This document shows, in pieces, positions 36,790-50,005 of a stretch of 64,000 nt of DNA; position 1 is the stretch's first letter, and every line of letters begins with the position of its first letter. Under the pieces are notes generated by a model, which made no database searches, was not told the origin of the DNA, and saw only the letters and a program-made list of their open reading frames with translations. Origin of the DNA: Balanoglossus misakiensis (Eukaryota; Animalia; Hemichordata); assembly GCA_040954595.2 (NCBI GenBank), contig CM082587.2:8125303-8189302 (forward strand), in the 5' to 3' direction. The position numbers and the translations under genes were made by a program.

Positions 36790-38300
36790 ATATATAATTA
36801 CAAAACAAAGTACATTTGTCTAATTCAAATCCAGCAAATTCACAAATTAATTGAGTGGGTGTCATTTTCCATCACAGTGACTCTAGTCAGATAAGCATCC
36901 ACTTTTTGTGCGATACCCAGTAAAGTAATGAAACCATTTATATTTGGTAATACTGTTTTACATAGCAGCAATTGAAAGGATATTTTCATGGATTTCCGTG
37001 AATTCTTAGATGAATACACATGAGACTGTGTTTTTTTCTCTAGTCAGACATCAAAAGAAAGGGTTTCGATCATGATGTTACATTTGTTCTGCTATCTAAT
37101 CTCTGCATATTTATAGAACTCTTAAAACATAATTACTCTCATTAAAAAGATGCAAGCGACTTTCTTCAATATTACCATAAAAAGTATATTTGTCTGAATA
37201 AACTTTGATTCATATCTTTATTTTTTTTAAATGTTAGTCGCGAGAATTCTACTGAGTATTCTGTAGTGAAGGCAGCTTACAGCTGATTCATTTGTGATAA
37301 TAAAGGGCAATAAAATACAGTCGAATTTACTAAAGATGCGTGACCACTTTTGTTTGCATTTCATTCCTTTGTAAATAACCGTATCTCAAACAGTATCGCA
37401 TAACTTTTTTTGTATGACCCTTTGGAAAAAATATTTGGGGACATTTCATGTTCAATTTTTTTTTAAAAGCGATCGGCGTATTTTTAGCCAGAGTCGAAGA
37501 ATTGCATTTCCCACTGATCAATCCCCTATATTTGAGACGGTTCGGTGTAAAAGTATGATTATCGCAAAAAAAAGCTTGGTATGTCAGAAAAGAGCAAGTC
37601 TCATCTAGAAGATCTGAAAGATACTTAACTCCATTGTGAATTAAAGTCTGTGACATTATTCACCATCACTTCGGGACATCTTACAGAGTGTGTTTGTCCA
37701 ACTTAGTGAGTAACACGGAGAACCAGAAACTGTTTACGGAAAACGGAAACGTGCTGATGCCACCCCTAAATGTAAACAATTTAGCCCACTGAGCATCCCG
37801 ATTAAACTGCTCTATGAATCCATGACACATGGATTGCTTGGATAAATGAAGGGAGGTGTGTCATTCGAAGACCGCCTTGTTTATGATCACAGCAGAGTCG
37901 TATATAAAACTGAAAGATTGAGTCGTGTGCGGGCGCTCCGGTGCATTGCTATGTTCATAGGCACGCCGGAGCGCCCGCACATGACTGAATCTTTCAATCT
38001 CAGTCGTAACATGTTTAACATATCTTGCTTTGAACTCCAAATGAAATTATAGAAAATGTTTGAAATAGCGACTAACTTGTTGTTAGTCATTGGGGTGGTG
38101 AAGAAAAAATGTGGATGAACTTTGACAGGGCGAGTGTCTTGATAACAATGATTTTGCCACATAAAGACCAGTCATCCGAGAGAACCTCCACTTCCTGTAT
38201 CTTTCGTACAAATTTTAGATTCTCAAAAATATCACAGTGCAATAAACCCGGTGTTTTTTGGTAGATTCTCAAAAATCTCTGTAATGATTCTATGAATGTG
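36790..38300 (-). mobile_element. Degenerate L1/Tx1-type non-LTR retrotransposon ORF2 (C-terminal part)
   Basis: Broken minus-strand peptides SLCGKIIVIKTLALSKFIHIF, ISNIFYNFIWSSKQD, LIHNGVKYLSDLLDETCSFLTY...LKYRGLIS and RILATNI, typical of the post-RT/zf-RVT region. Many stops; boundaries approximate. Confidence 0.7.
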
Positions 38301-38686
38301 TATCTATCAATGAGCTCTCTTGAGCGATGTGCTTAATTTTTCGTGCTAAAAATCGATCCTGGTTTTCTTTAAAATCCCAGACACGCTTTGTATGATAGCT
38401 ACGACAGCTGGCATCCACGCAAATTTGAGCCGGATATCCCAAAGCTTCAAGAAAACTTTTTTGAAGATTATTTAAATTGCTTGTGTAAACAATAGTCATA
38501 ACGAAGTAACTATGATCTAAGCTTCCAGAAAATATATATTTAGGCCGGCATTTTGAGCTCGATAATTAGTAGAGAAACGTTTATTTCAAAAAGCGAATTT
38601 CGTAAGTTGCATCCTTGTCATGGATTTTGAAGCTTGCCTACGCCCTGCAGGTGTGGACACAGACCACATATATGTACATTAGCTAT

Positions 38687-38772
38687 TAGCCTGGTCACCA
38701 TACCCAGTGTGTTTTAGATAGACTCACACACTAGTCTATCTAAAACACACTGGGTATATGGTGACCAGGCTA
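38687..38772. mobile_element. 86-bp palindromic MITE with a 9-bp TSD
   Basis: ATTAGCTAT|TAGCCTGGTCACCATACCCAGTGTGTTTTAGATAGACT ... AGTCTATCTAAAACACACTGGGTATATGGTGACCAGGCTA|ATTAGCTAT. Confidence 0.85.
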
Positions 38773-39368
38773 ATTAGCTATGATCTAGACGGATGCATGG
38801 GCACAATACTTTACACCATGTGTGTCCATTGTGCATTTATTACATCAAGTGAGTCGGTGATTATGTAATACACTGTGTACTGTAGGTTCCTTTCACAATA
38901 CACGTCAATACAGCAAGTAGGGCTTCTTGCAGACAGACATGAGCGTCGGAAAGGACGGTGTGTCATGTCTTCGTATTGAATGTCGGCGAGTTCTTTATAC
39001 AAGCAGGTGAGTACAGACTTTAAGGCGAGTCCAGTCATAAATGATGCCAAATGCGAGAACTTGGTCATACTATAGCCTAGGCCTAAGTGGCAGAATGAAG
39101 TCGAAGAGCACTGAATAATAACAGACAATGGTGGTACAGGTACAATGTATGTGTGTACACTGCTCTTCCCAACGTCAATACAGGGCGTCAATTTTACTGT
39201 GCCTAAACCTCGCACTACTATTAAGCGCCAACAAGAAGATTTATTTGCATTTAGGCCTAAAATCATCAAGGGCTAATTGCCTTTGAACGGTATTATATGT
39301 GAAGTCACTGATATAACATGTATACCCAGTCTCTCCACTATGGACTGGCTGTTGTTCATTCATGGACT

Positions 39369-39448
39369 TAGTCTAGAATCCAGACTAGCGTTTTTGTTCG
39401 TTTATGCTCTACAGCGAAAACACACACACTGGTCTGGATTCTAGACTT
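39369..39448. mobile_element. Small palindromic MITE-like element
   Basis: AGTCTAGAATCCAGAC ... GTCTGGATTCTAGACT. Confidence 0.6.
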
Positions 39449-40453
39449 CGGTCAGGCTTGCTGCGGATTAACATGGAGATAGGCACCTGCATGCTAACGG
39501 CCAAGGACGTACCAGAAGCCGTCCATGCACGGTCTCTCCAAAGACCGTACAGTACAATAGAGCATGAATAGAGCGATCGAGGAAGATCGTTGTCTGTGGA
39601 GACGATTTGTTGCATAACCGCCGTATGTAAAATGTCAAACACAGCCAGGTACAACCATACCTCCATGGTACACTACAACTAATTCACCGTCGATATTTCC
39701 GATAACTCTCGCTTCGGGCGCTCAACATATGTCATAATCCAATAATCCATAAGGCGCTGACTGACGAAACACGAATCGGGCCCCCACAATTAACGGTACG
39801 AGTATGTGACACCGCTTGCGTTTAGATCTCCGATTCTGCAATATATGGATTCTGTATATAGGCAAGGGCTTCGGGAAGTCATTTTTTGTCCAAGGAGACG
39901 GCGAATATGGAAATTGCTATTAACATACACTGGACTCGCTGTAAATATCTACATGTATTTCTACTGGGCCTCGAGCTCGTTATGATAGACATTGGGCAAA
40001 TCGGTCAGATTCAGTATTTCTTGTATGCGTCTCAAAACTGAGCGATTAAAATGGAGACTCCGCTTACATGTGTTGAGTATTCAAAATGAGTTTTTGGGAA
40101 ATTTTGCAACCGACAATTTGTCAACCTACTGTTGCATTTTTCGCTTACTTTTTATTAGAGGTATACAGACAGTCACGTCCACTTTATACGCCCATATATG
40201 GCTGAAATGGCGTATTTGATCGTTCAAATACGCCATATGGTGGTGCTCTTTTTTTCGTGTGGGCCACCTAATGAAAACCTGTGATTGGCTAGATCTCAAT
40301 TTGCCATGGTAACTATAGCTACATTTGCATAGGTGACCGTATACCTTTAATTTCCTTTTACCAGATGCCGTACGTGTACTGTGGACAGATGAGAGCGCTG
40401 GGTGACGACACGAGAGTTGAACGGCTGTGCACTGCCCATCACCAACGGTTTCC

Positions 40454-43276
40454 ATGGCTACAGGATTGACAAACTATCGTACAGTCAGACATTTGCTCGC
40501 CATTTGTGTGGTTTTTAGCCTCGTTGTTTCCTGTATTGTATATGTTCACTTTCTTCAAGGGGCATCAACAAGTCTCACTGTTTCTGTCAAAGGTCTGGCG
40601 ACACAGATCAATGGCAGCAGGTTCGTTGAAGGCCGGGATGCAAAACATAATCATAGAAACAAGGTAGTCAACCCTAAAATAGCAGATTTTGAAAATACCG
40701 CTACAATCGAAGATGATACCAATGCAATACGGAGCTCCAGGAATAACGACCTCAACAATTCAACAACTGATGCCGACATCAAAACTCTTAGAATTGGAAA
40801 GCGGAGACCACGACATCGAAAACTGTCAAGGAAAAAACAAGACGAGAACACACAGGCTGAAAATGAAAACCGGACTACGAATTCACCGGTCAAAAGTCGT
40901 CCAGATCTATTACTGAGAAGAGCGCTCGCAAACATCACAAATGCGATAAGACGTAAGGCGGTTATGAGTGCGGAATCCACATTATCAAACACAACAAGTG
41001 CCGAAATAACACTTCTGTTAAAACATTACGAAGAAGGTTTCGATGACTCCCACATCTCTCGGAATAATACATGGGGTATCCCGCCCAGTAAAATCCACCG
41101 CAGAAGGAAAGGAGACGGCGACGGCGGCGATGCAGGAAGGAAATTGGTGTGTATGCTACAACGGCATGCTATGTTGGTCACCTTGGATACGGATGTTACC
41201 CCTTTCAAAGAGCTTGGTGTCGCGCAATACTTTCCAAATATGCGATTTCTGGATGCTTACAAGACACCCTTTAATAGATGTGCAGTGGTTGGCAGTTCCA
41301 GGTACCTGAATAATTTCACCGTTGGTTCTGAAATAGGTAAGTCATGTAACAATTTAGGTCATTGACGTAAAATTAACATAAGGTCTCTAGTATTGTTTCA
41401 AACTAAACTTTCGATTTCCGATCAGTTCGTACCCAGAGACCAGGAATCGAAACGGAGAGATTCTACAGACTGATCTATATCGACGAATAAATAAATAAAA
41501 ACAGAAAAAATCGCAACCTTGACTAATTTTACATGATTTTTTATCTCAGTAAAATCTACAAAATCTGTTTTACATCATATTTCTTGCATTTAAAAAAAAA
41601 TACTGGAAAATAGCCAAAAGTTAGCCTAACGCACTTTCCTATACCTGAAGCGGTAAGAGGGTTGCCACCATGAAAACAGTGACGAGAAATATTTCTTTTG
41701 ATATGTTTGAAGAAGTAAAATAAAATACAATGTTCATTGGTTATTACTTCAACAGATGCACATGATGCTGTCATGCGAATCAATGCAGCCCCAGTGAAGG
41801 GATATGAAGAGATAGTTGGCAACAAAACGACATTCCATCTTCTCAACAGCCAACTACTGGAGGGGAGATTATTTCGACAGATTAAAGAGACTTATTACGG
41901 AAACGTCACCCACATAGTGTGGAAAGGAGGACCGTATAGTGGAAATCTTTACCGGGTAAGTTATAAAACATCGAGGTTGTTTACCGGAGATGGTGTTCTA
42001 AGAATGATGACAAGGGGGGGGGGGGGGTATCCAACAGAAGCTAGAGTTTTTGTCTTTGTTCAGTCACGAGGACAGTGGGTTGCGCGTGTTTGGGGATATT
42101 GTTGATCAACATAATTTCTGTCATTTTGTTTGGTTTGATTTTCAGTGGTACAAGAAAGCCAGGAGTGCAAGGAGGTTTTTCAGTGGTTACATCGAGTGGA
42201 ATTATCTGTATCCTGCGGAAGCCATGCACGTCATTAATCCAAAGTCTCTGTGGAATGCCTGGGATGTCATGCAAGATCACTGTCATCAACACAGTGGTCT
42301 AAATCCGCCCTCATCTGGATTTACAGGTAGGGAACTATAGAAACGTACAGACATTTGTGAATTTCATTATCACTGGGTTGTTCATACTAGCCAAGTGCAG
42401 TGCTCTCCCCAGGATTTTGGGAAAGCGTGGCAGCTAATTTGCATATTATTTACATATCAATCTCATTAATTTTGTATGGGAGTAGCCTATCCATGCTTTG
42501 TCATTTGAGGTTGGACCTGTTATCGCTATGTTGTTCATTGTCTATCATATGTGTAATTGTGATGATTTATTTAAAGGCGTTATGAAAGCAATTGTAAAGA
42601 ATTTATGTTTTGTCCGAATGTGAAATGGTTGCGTTCATACTTATGTCATTTTTGTTCAAGTTAAAATATCAATTCTTTTTGTGCTTACCAATATATGAGT
42701 GACGATTGTGTCAATTTCTGGACAAACCAAATCATCCCCAAGTTAATCATACTGACAATTCAAAATGGCCGCCAATCTCTGATGAACTGTATGATCACCA
42801 GTTTAAATCATTGATTTTTTTTAGAAAAAAGATGTACTGAGCCTCATATTTTCTTTTTGAATTGCAAAGTGATGTTTACATACAAGCTTACTTATTGCAA
42901 AACCTGGACAGATCTATCATTATAGGATTTATTTTTTTCTTCTTCAAAATCCATCTTCATGATGAAGTCAATTTTCCACTCACGTCCGTATTTTGACATC
43001 TGTTAAATACCCATCCATTGACTTTTCACAGCTATCCAAGTGATGCTGCCAATCTGCACAGAAGTGAATGTGTATGGAATGATCTACCCAGAATTCAACT
43101 CATCCACGTGTCATTACTACGACAGCAAACGCTGTAACTCTCTCAACTGGCATCCGATATCCAAGGAGAAATGTTTCATCAGAAAACTGAACGTGGGGAA
43201 CGAGACGGATATTTATGAACACGCTAAAATTACAATACCAGGCTACCCGGCGATTAATTGCGTCGACATTTTGTAA
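40454..43276 (+). CDS. ST6GAL: Beta-galactoside alpha-2,6-sialyltransferase-like (GT29, ST6Gal family), ~502 aa type II Golgi protein
   Basis: Exons: 40454-41336, 41756-41955, 42146-42326, 43032-43276. N-terminal TM LLAICVVFSLVVSCIVYV. Sialylmotifs: L RCAVVGSS...[72 protein letters not shown]. The ST6Gal-type WY...FF and LWNAWDVMQ segments are present. Confidence 0.9.
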
Positions 43277-45339
43277 CCATGGACTTCTATGGAGGCTTTT
43301 AAACTGTAATGAGCAAGCATAAGTTTATTTTTCTGACAAAATCACAAAGGTAAATTTACATCGTTTTTCCCCAGTGTCTGCTCACAAAACCATGTAAACA
43401 TATTTATTTGCAGCAACCACTTCTGACATGAAAACCAGAGATACTGTAGAAACTGTGTGAATGAAACTAGCAACTCAAATGAAACGCAATGGAATAGTTT
43501 TTAACTTTCTGAAGCACCTATTTGATAAAAGCCATCCAGAGTAACATTGGCTTATGTATGAAAACAAGTTGAAGACAATCTTGCTTTGTCACATACAATG
43601 TGATTGAGCATAGAAGTGTGAAATTATTGGCATTGGCCCAGTCTGATTAAAATCAGATGTAGAGAGGAGGACATCTAAGAACAGAACAGCAAATGACCAG
43701 CAATTACTAAAAGATTCCCTCCATTATTAACTCACAATAGTCATATAAAAAACAAGTTTTATGTATTTAGTTTACAGTATTTCTACATGAAATGTCGCAT
43801 ACTCGTATAAATATTTTCTATAAAGCTATCGCCTAAACTTGTTGCTGGTGCGCCCTCAAGTGGCAATTCCTGTCTGATCCTTCAGAATAGGATATTACGC
43901 CCTCTCAGGCCGAAAACCCTATTTATTACATGCCTTGTAAGTGAGTGCAAAATCAATGCATTGATTCACGCGGAAAATTTGGGTTTGTTACAAGGAACTT
44001 GAACTTAATGCCTGAAAGGGTTGATATAAATGATGTTGTGCAAGACATAGACAGTAGAACTAATGAGATGGTTTATCTAAATTTAGATATTTCTCTAGAC
44101 TTGTGCGAGTCTGTAATTTGTGTTTTTTTTTCATATGAAACGTTTTATTGGTGTTGAACGCAATGAGTGGGGTGAATGTCTCACAGGAGCGTTTAATGTG
44201 AACTCACATACTACTAACTTAGGCCCAAGTGTATAATATTTGATCGCTGTGAAAAGTTTCCTTGGGCAGAGGTGCCAAACTTGAAACTTAAGATGCAAAT
44301 CTGTTGCAAATTACAAGTCTAATCATATCTTGCTTTTCTGGCAGCTACTGTTAATCATTTAACAACTACATACTATGTAGATAGCTTAGCATGATCTATT
44401 TGATCAAAATGATTGGCCGATTTTGATTTGATCATCTAGGAGTTCATACCAAGATTTGCCAACAGAAAAGAATAAACAATGTAAATATCATGACCGGGAT
44501 TTACACTATTCAGATAATGTAAACTCAACATTAAATTTTATTACGTTTTGTTTGTTTGTTGACAATATTCATTATAATATAATTCAGAAAAGTGAGATAA
44601 CATCTCAAGTCCAACATTTTTTTTTCTAACCCTGTAAACTAGCAACATATTTATTATGTACTTTTTTATCCATGACAAATAAAAGGATAGAAAATTTCCT
44701 TTTTCATCGATTATTTTGTTTCTTGGTTATTTTGGAGTAGTGCTACATGTCTTTCCCAAAGGGTGCTCACAGGGACAAATATAGCTTTATATATTTTGTG
44801 CAACTCACAATCACATAGCTCGATTGGCCAGGCAATATGTGTTTCATAACATACCTAACATGTCCTAGTAGTCACATGACCAGGTAAAGTGACTATTTCT
44901 CTTTAGGGAAATAGCCATTCTATTTTTCCTATCACATCATAAACTTGTTTTGTAGAAGACTCACCTTGCTTTGCAGACTTGTGTGATCCCTAGCTGATCA
45001 AAAGACACTTCTTCAATACATCAGTGAGGGGTCATTACCCACGTAATTAGCATATCTACACCCCCCACCCCCACGATACAGCCACTATTCAAATCCCTGA
45101 TGCATGACGAAATGCCCAGAATTTATTTATGAACACAACATATACATGATGTATAGCCAGCATTGTTATTTGAAAACCAGACAACAATAAGAATGACTGT
45201 TACACACAAATAGGTCATGTTGACATGTGGAGTACTGGGTGTATTACAACGCTGTTAAGAGTAGAAAAGGAATTGCATTCAGTACACAGAACCAAAATAT
45301 TGAAAATAAGACCAATAGTTACAGTGAATATCCCTTTAA

Positions 45340-45678
45340 AGCCTCAATAGCTGGCACTTTTAGCATACCAGTTTAATCAATGAAATACTTCAATCTTCTC
45401 CTTGTCTATAGTTAACAAATGACATCATTTTTAATTTTTTGATATTCTAACACTCACATGCGAATATCAAGATAGCTTTAACTCTTGCAATGGGTGACTG
45501 AATAAATGGGTGTGGCACCTTTTTCTTATTTGACCAGTTCATTTTTACATGTATAGCCACAATCAGAGGTTAATGATATGTTTGTGTATATCTAAAATTA
45601 AGCTAATTTAAATGGACCACTCTAATGTTGAAAGTAAAATCATGTAAATAATGCAAAAAAATGGCAGCTATTGGGGCT
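45340..45678. mobile_element. TTAA-flanked MITE (Kolobok-like); second copy at 59251-59492
   Basis: TTAA|AGCCTCAATAGCTG ... CAGCTATTGGGGCT|TCAA. Internal ACTCTTGCAATGGG...ATGGGTGTGGCACC...TTTAAATGGACCA is shared with the 59251-59492 copy. Confidence 0.75.
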
Positions 45679-45763
45679 TCAAGGAACTGTGTACAACCTT
45701 TCTATGTTGCCTACATTGTACATTCATTGTGTCAAGAAATAACCTTTCACTTCACATGTGACC

Positions 45764-48338
45764 TGGGCATGCGCAAATATACCCGTAGGAGCAAAAGTAC
45801 ATTCACTGGGTGTAGTGTGACTTTGGAGTTGTCCCACGCTTAATTCCTCATCCACACACGTGGGTAGCTACTTCAAGAACGACAGCTGTATTCACACTGT
45901 CTACAGTGTAGGGATATTGCCACAAAGTTGTAAGTAGGCCTTCATATTCACTTAATCATAAATGACAGCAAACATGCGAGAAAACAATTGTTAAACTGTG
46001 CAGAAACAACCTCGTGGTTATACATGACTAGTATATTAATAACAGATACCTGGCTTATCAAAAGACTAACAGCTAGACTTCAGCTTGGCTATATGCATAC
46101 AAAGAGCTGTGTCTTATATCAGTGTTCTTCAGCTGGGCTAGATATTTTTGGGCAAGAACATTTGTCGTCCATGCACTCAATGAGTGAACTTTTGGGGGCC
46201 ATGACCATGTTGGTAGTCAATGCGAACAAAGGTCTTCTTCATTCGACAATTGATAAGTAAATCACAAGGTCATGTTCAATGAGGCAAGACGCAAGAAATG
46301 TCACGAATGACCTCATTAGGTGACTCACAATTGTGACCTGTTTTCTCTCAAATCCCAGAGAGGTGTGTTACATTAGACCAGTGGACTAAATTAGAAGAAG
46401 AATTTGTCAGATAATTAACTGCCCTGTCGAGTCATAGAATAAATTAAATGTTGTAATTATTTATAGTCAATGGATGCATATGGATTACATTCATGCATGT
46501 CGACAAATTGACGTTTCGCGCAACATTTCCACAATTGCATCAAGCGTTTTATCTTCTCTTATTTAAACAGAAACAGAGGAACATCAATATGGCACAGAGC
46601 AAATTGACAAGAAGTTACTTCCATCAACCTTGGGATACACCTCTTCAAGGGAAAACAGTTGCTGATCTGCTCGACGATGCTGCAGAACTGTTCCCTGACA
46701 GAGAAGCCTTGGTCTTTTTAGAAGACGGGACCAGGAAGACATTCGCTGAACTTCACAGAGATGTCAACGTGCTTGCTGCTGGAATACTGAAGTTTGGGCT
46801 GAAACCAAGAGATAACGTCGCTATCTGGGCCCAAGATCACGAAAATTATCAATGGTTGGTTACTGATCTTGCCATAATTACAGCTGGGTGTGTATCTGTG
46901 CGGATTCCAGCATTCACACCTACAGCGCATGTGCGTCACTTGTTGAAGAAGGTGGAATGTCAAGCCCTTGTCATTGGATTAACTCACAGTGATCCTCTAC
47001 AAGCTTTGGTCGATGTTATCCCGAACCTCAAAACTGAAATACGGGAAGGAAATACTCTGGAAGAGTTTCCTACTTTACGGCACGTCATCTCAATGACACC
47101 GTTGGAACATTCATCCATTACGCATCTCTGTGATATAAGGAAACTTGGAGATAACGATGCAGCAAAAGAACTCCTGCAAAACGCAAAGACTGCTACAGAT
47201 CTCGACTCCATTGCGATGGTTGTATTCACGTCTGGAAGTACAGGATTTCCGAAAGCAGTTGGCATACCACATAACCGTCTTCAAGGAATGGCAATGATTA
47301 TGGACTATATCTTTGGTTACAAAGCTGCAGACAGAAACTCGGAGAGATTGGTAATTCCACACACTGAAAAGTTCTGCTCTGGCCCACACACCTTTATTGA
47401 AGGGGTAATGTTGACCCTTGGTGCAACAATCGTCTTTCGAGATGCCGTCAGTGTGGCAGGCCTGTTGCGTGCCATCGAAGCTGAAAAGGGTAATACACTT
47501 TTGCTGTTCCCTTATGACTTGACATGTATTCGTGATTACTCTGATATTGAGAAATTTAATATCAGAAGCTTAAAGTATGTGATGTCCACAGGTAGCTGTG
47601 TTGCTGCGTCTATCATGAAAATGGCATCTGAGAAATTCTCCTGTGATATTCAACACTTTTACTCTAGCACCGAGTGTGGGGCAATTGCCCTCCCCAAATC
47701 CTCTGTACCCCTGGAAGTGTTGACGTCGACCTCGTGTGCACCGTATGGCGAACTCAAGATAACTGACTTGACAACTGGTCATATAACGCCGATCAACACC
47801 TCTGGTGAAATATGCTTTCGAAGCCCGTTTCATTTCAAAAGATATTTGGGTGACGAAGATATAACAAAGAGAGTGAAAACTGAAGATGGATGGTTTCTTA
47901 CGGGTGATGTAGGGCAGCTGAATGAAAGTGGTATGTTGACGGTTCTAGGTCGAAAAGATGACATGATTCTCAAAGGAGGTGAGAACATATACCCAGCTGA
48001 ATTGGAGCAGATATTTTATCAGCACCCAAAGATCAAACAAGTTCAAGTGGTTGGTGTCCCAGATGAACACTTTCTTGAAGAGCTTTGCGTGTGTGTTGTT
48101 CTTCACAAACATCAATCGGCTACAGAAAGTGAATTTTTGACCTACTTTAAAGCACGGCATTATGATTTTTATCGGCACCCTAAATATGTGCTGTTTTTCG
48201 AGAAATTTCCGCTGACCAGAACAGGGAAAATTAAGCGCATGGAAGTAGCGATACAAGCAGCAAGCATTCTTAACCTGAATGCATAGAAAGTAATTGATCA
48301 CATGCCCGATCCTTTAAGCATCACGTTTGATAATGGTT
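45764..48338 (+). repeat. Right arm of the inverted segmental duplication (partner 19234-22152)
   Basis: Starts GGGCATGCGCAAATATACCC and ends GCATCACGTTTGATAATGGTT. Includes a conserved 5'-UTR donor GTAAGTA at ~45930 (copy A ~21982). Confidence 0.88.
46589..48286 (+). CDS. Acyl-CoA synthetase / ANL enzyme, ACSF2-like, copy B (565 aa, single coding exon)
   Basis: Same motifs as copy A, with A8 GGENIYPAELE. About 93% identical to copy A by manual count; 2-aa deletion (DR). Confidence 0.92.
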   Translation: MAQSKLTRSYFHQPWDTPLQGKTVADLLDDAAELFPDREALVFLEDGTRKTFAELHRDVNVLAAGILKFGLKPRDNVAIWAQDHENYQWLVTDLAIITAGCVSVRIPAFTPTAHVRHLLKKVECQALVIGLTHSDPLQALVDVIPNLKTEIREGNTLEEFPTLRHVISMTPLEHSSITHLCDIRKLGDNDAAKELLQNAKTATDLDSIAMVVFTSGSTGFPKAVGIPHNRLQGMAMIMDYIFGYKAADRNSERLVIPHTEKFCSGPHTFIEGVMLTLGATIVFRDAVSVAGLLRAIEAEKGNTLLLFPYDLTCIRDYSDIEKFNIRSLKYVMSTGSCVAASIMKMASEKFSCDIQHFYSSTECGAIALPKSSVPLEVLTSTSCAPYGELKITDLTTGHITPINTSGEICFRSPFHFKRYLGDEDITKRVKTEDGWFLTGDVGQLNESGMLTVLGRKDDMILKGGENIYPAELEQIFYQHPKIKQVQVVGVPDEHFLEELCVCVVLHKHQSATESEFLTYFKARHYDFYRHPKYVLFFEKFPLTRTGKIKRMEVAIQAASILNLNA

Positions 48339-48355
48339 AAAGGCACAGTCACCCA

Positions 48356-48908
48356 ATGAGCGTGAAGTTGGCCTCATCCTCATCCTCATCCTCAGTTTCG
48401 TGACCCTAGCCTCAGCTTCGTGACCCCAGGAAGATAAACGTCAAAATTATCCAAACGATCGGCAAATAGAACAAATAGAGTCAAAATAAGAAATCCAGTC
48501 AATTATTTAGACTTTCCCATGTAAATACTTCACCCATATCGCTTTCGCTTCATTTAGATCATGTCAGATATCCGAAATTCACGATAATTTTGATGTTTTT
48601 AGTGAAATTTGCAAATGAACTTTGACCTGCAATGGCGTCTGGGTAACCGAGACTATTTTCTCTCGGGAGTTTTTATTCGCTTCTATAAAGCATTTAAAAA
48701 ACCAGAAGTCCTATCCGTATTTGTATTTATCCAAGTCAATGAAATAAATGATATTATTTAAATACTATCTTCAAGTTTAACGAATCGCCAATGACGGATT
48801 GTTTATTTTCCTGGGGTCACGAAGCTGAGGCTGGGGTCACGAAGGGTCACGAAGCTGAGGCTGGGGTCACGAAGCTGAGGATGAGGATGAGGCCAACTTC
48901 ACGCTCGT
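48356..48908. mobile_element. ~553-bp non-autonomous DNA transposon with repetitive TIRs and an imperfect 9-bp TSD (Mutator-like)
   Basis: AGTCACCCA|ATGAGCGTGAAGTTGGCCTCATCCTCATCC... ...GGATGAGGATGAGGCCAACTTCACGCTCGT|AGTCACCTA. Subterminal CCTCAGCTTCGTGACCCCAG repeats. Confidence 0.8.
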
Positions 48909-49390
48909 AGTCACCTATGCAAATTTAACATTGAAGTTACAATTGAAAATTCAAACTTGGCCAATCAGAGAATTTCAGTGGGTGGCACACATAAAAAAAG
49001 TGTCCCACCACATGTACATTCAAACACTTTGATGCGTCCTTTTGACTGTACATAGACATATATAAGTTAGAGGTGACCGTATACATTTATTTTGTCGCTG
49101 TAAATAGATACACTGGCAGACAGAAAGACAGAGACATTCAGACAAACAGCTAGACAGACTGACACACACTAACACATGATATAACATGCCTTTTTCAGCT
49201 GGCATGTTATTTTGATAATTTAGCTCAATGTTTATACTTGCTAATTTAAGATGCCAGTAATTTAAATTTCTGTATGTATACTATGATGAAGGTTTCTTTA
49301 CAGATAATTAAACAAAAACAGCTGATTGCCCTGAAAATCCAATTTTGCTAAAAACATGCAGCAAATTCAAATTGTTTCACAAAAAATATA

Positions 49391-49598
49391 CTGTACAACA
49401 CTTAATTTTCGCGAGCAATTAATTTTCGCCAAATACGCGAGAGCCAAAATAGCGTGAAAATAAAAAGTCGCGTAAATTGTTTTTGAAGATAACGTTGCAG
49501 TGAATGAAATAAGAGAAAACGAAAATTAATACTCGCGAAACAGTGGCCTCTCTCGATATCGCGAAAAATATAACTCGCGAAAATAAAGTGTTTTACAG
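49391..49598. mobile_element. TA-flanked MITE (Tc1/mariner-pogo-like)
   Basis: TA|CTGTACAACACTTAATTTTCGCGAG ... CTCGCGAAAATAAAGTGTTTTACAG|TA. Confidence 0.8.
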
Positions 49599-49916
49599 TA
49601 TACATACATGCATACGCATGCACTCACACACGCAAAGGTCGTGAAGATGACAATTCATTGTTTTTTTATTATTTGTAACCATACATCAACAGTATGAACA
49701 AACACAGCCCAGGAAAAAAAACAAAAAAACAATTGATTTGAAGACGTGTCAAATAGTAAAAATAGAAAGATGTCAGAGTGTACATCAAAGTGTGATTAGT
49801 TGCTGAAACTCCATGGTGAAGTCTATGATACACAATTTAAAGCATGATCTCTGACAATGGACACATTTCTGCAATACCACGAATCAAGGCATATAGGGAT
49901 GTGTGATTGCCATCTT

Positions 49917-50005
49917 TAACCCTTTTCAACCCCTGTTCCGTCTATAGAGGTCCAAGTTTACCATGGATAACAATGGATTTGGACCAAACCATGTTGGTGA
50001 AAGGG
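49917..50005. mobile_element. ~90-bp piggyBac-like MITE; further copies at 51551-51642 and 60749-60841 (reverse)
   Basis: TTAA-CCCTTT(T)CA ... AGAGGTCCA ... AACAATGG.TTTGGAC ... GGTGAAAGGG is shared by the three copies. Confidence 0.7.
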
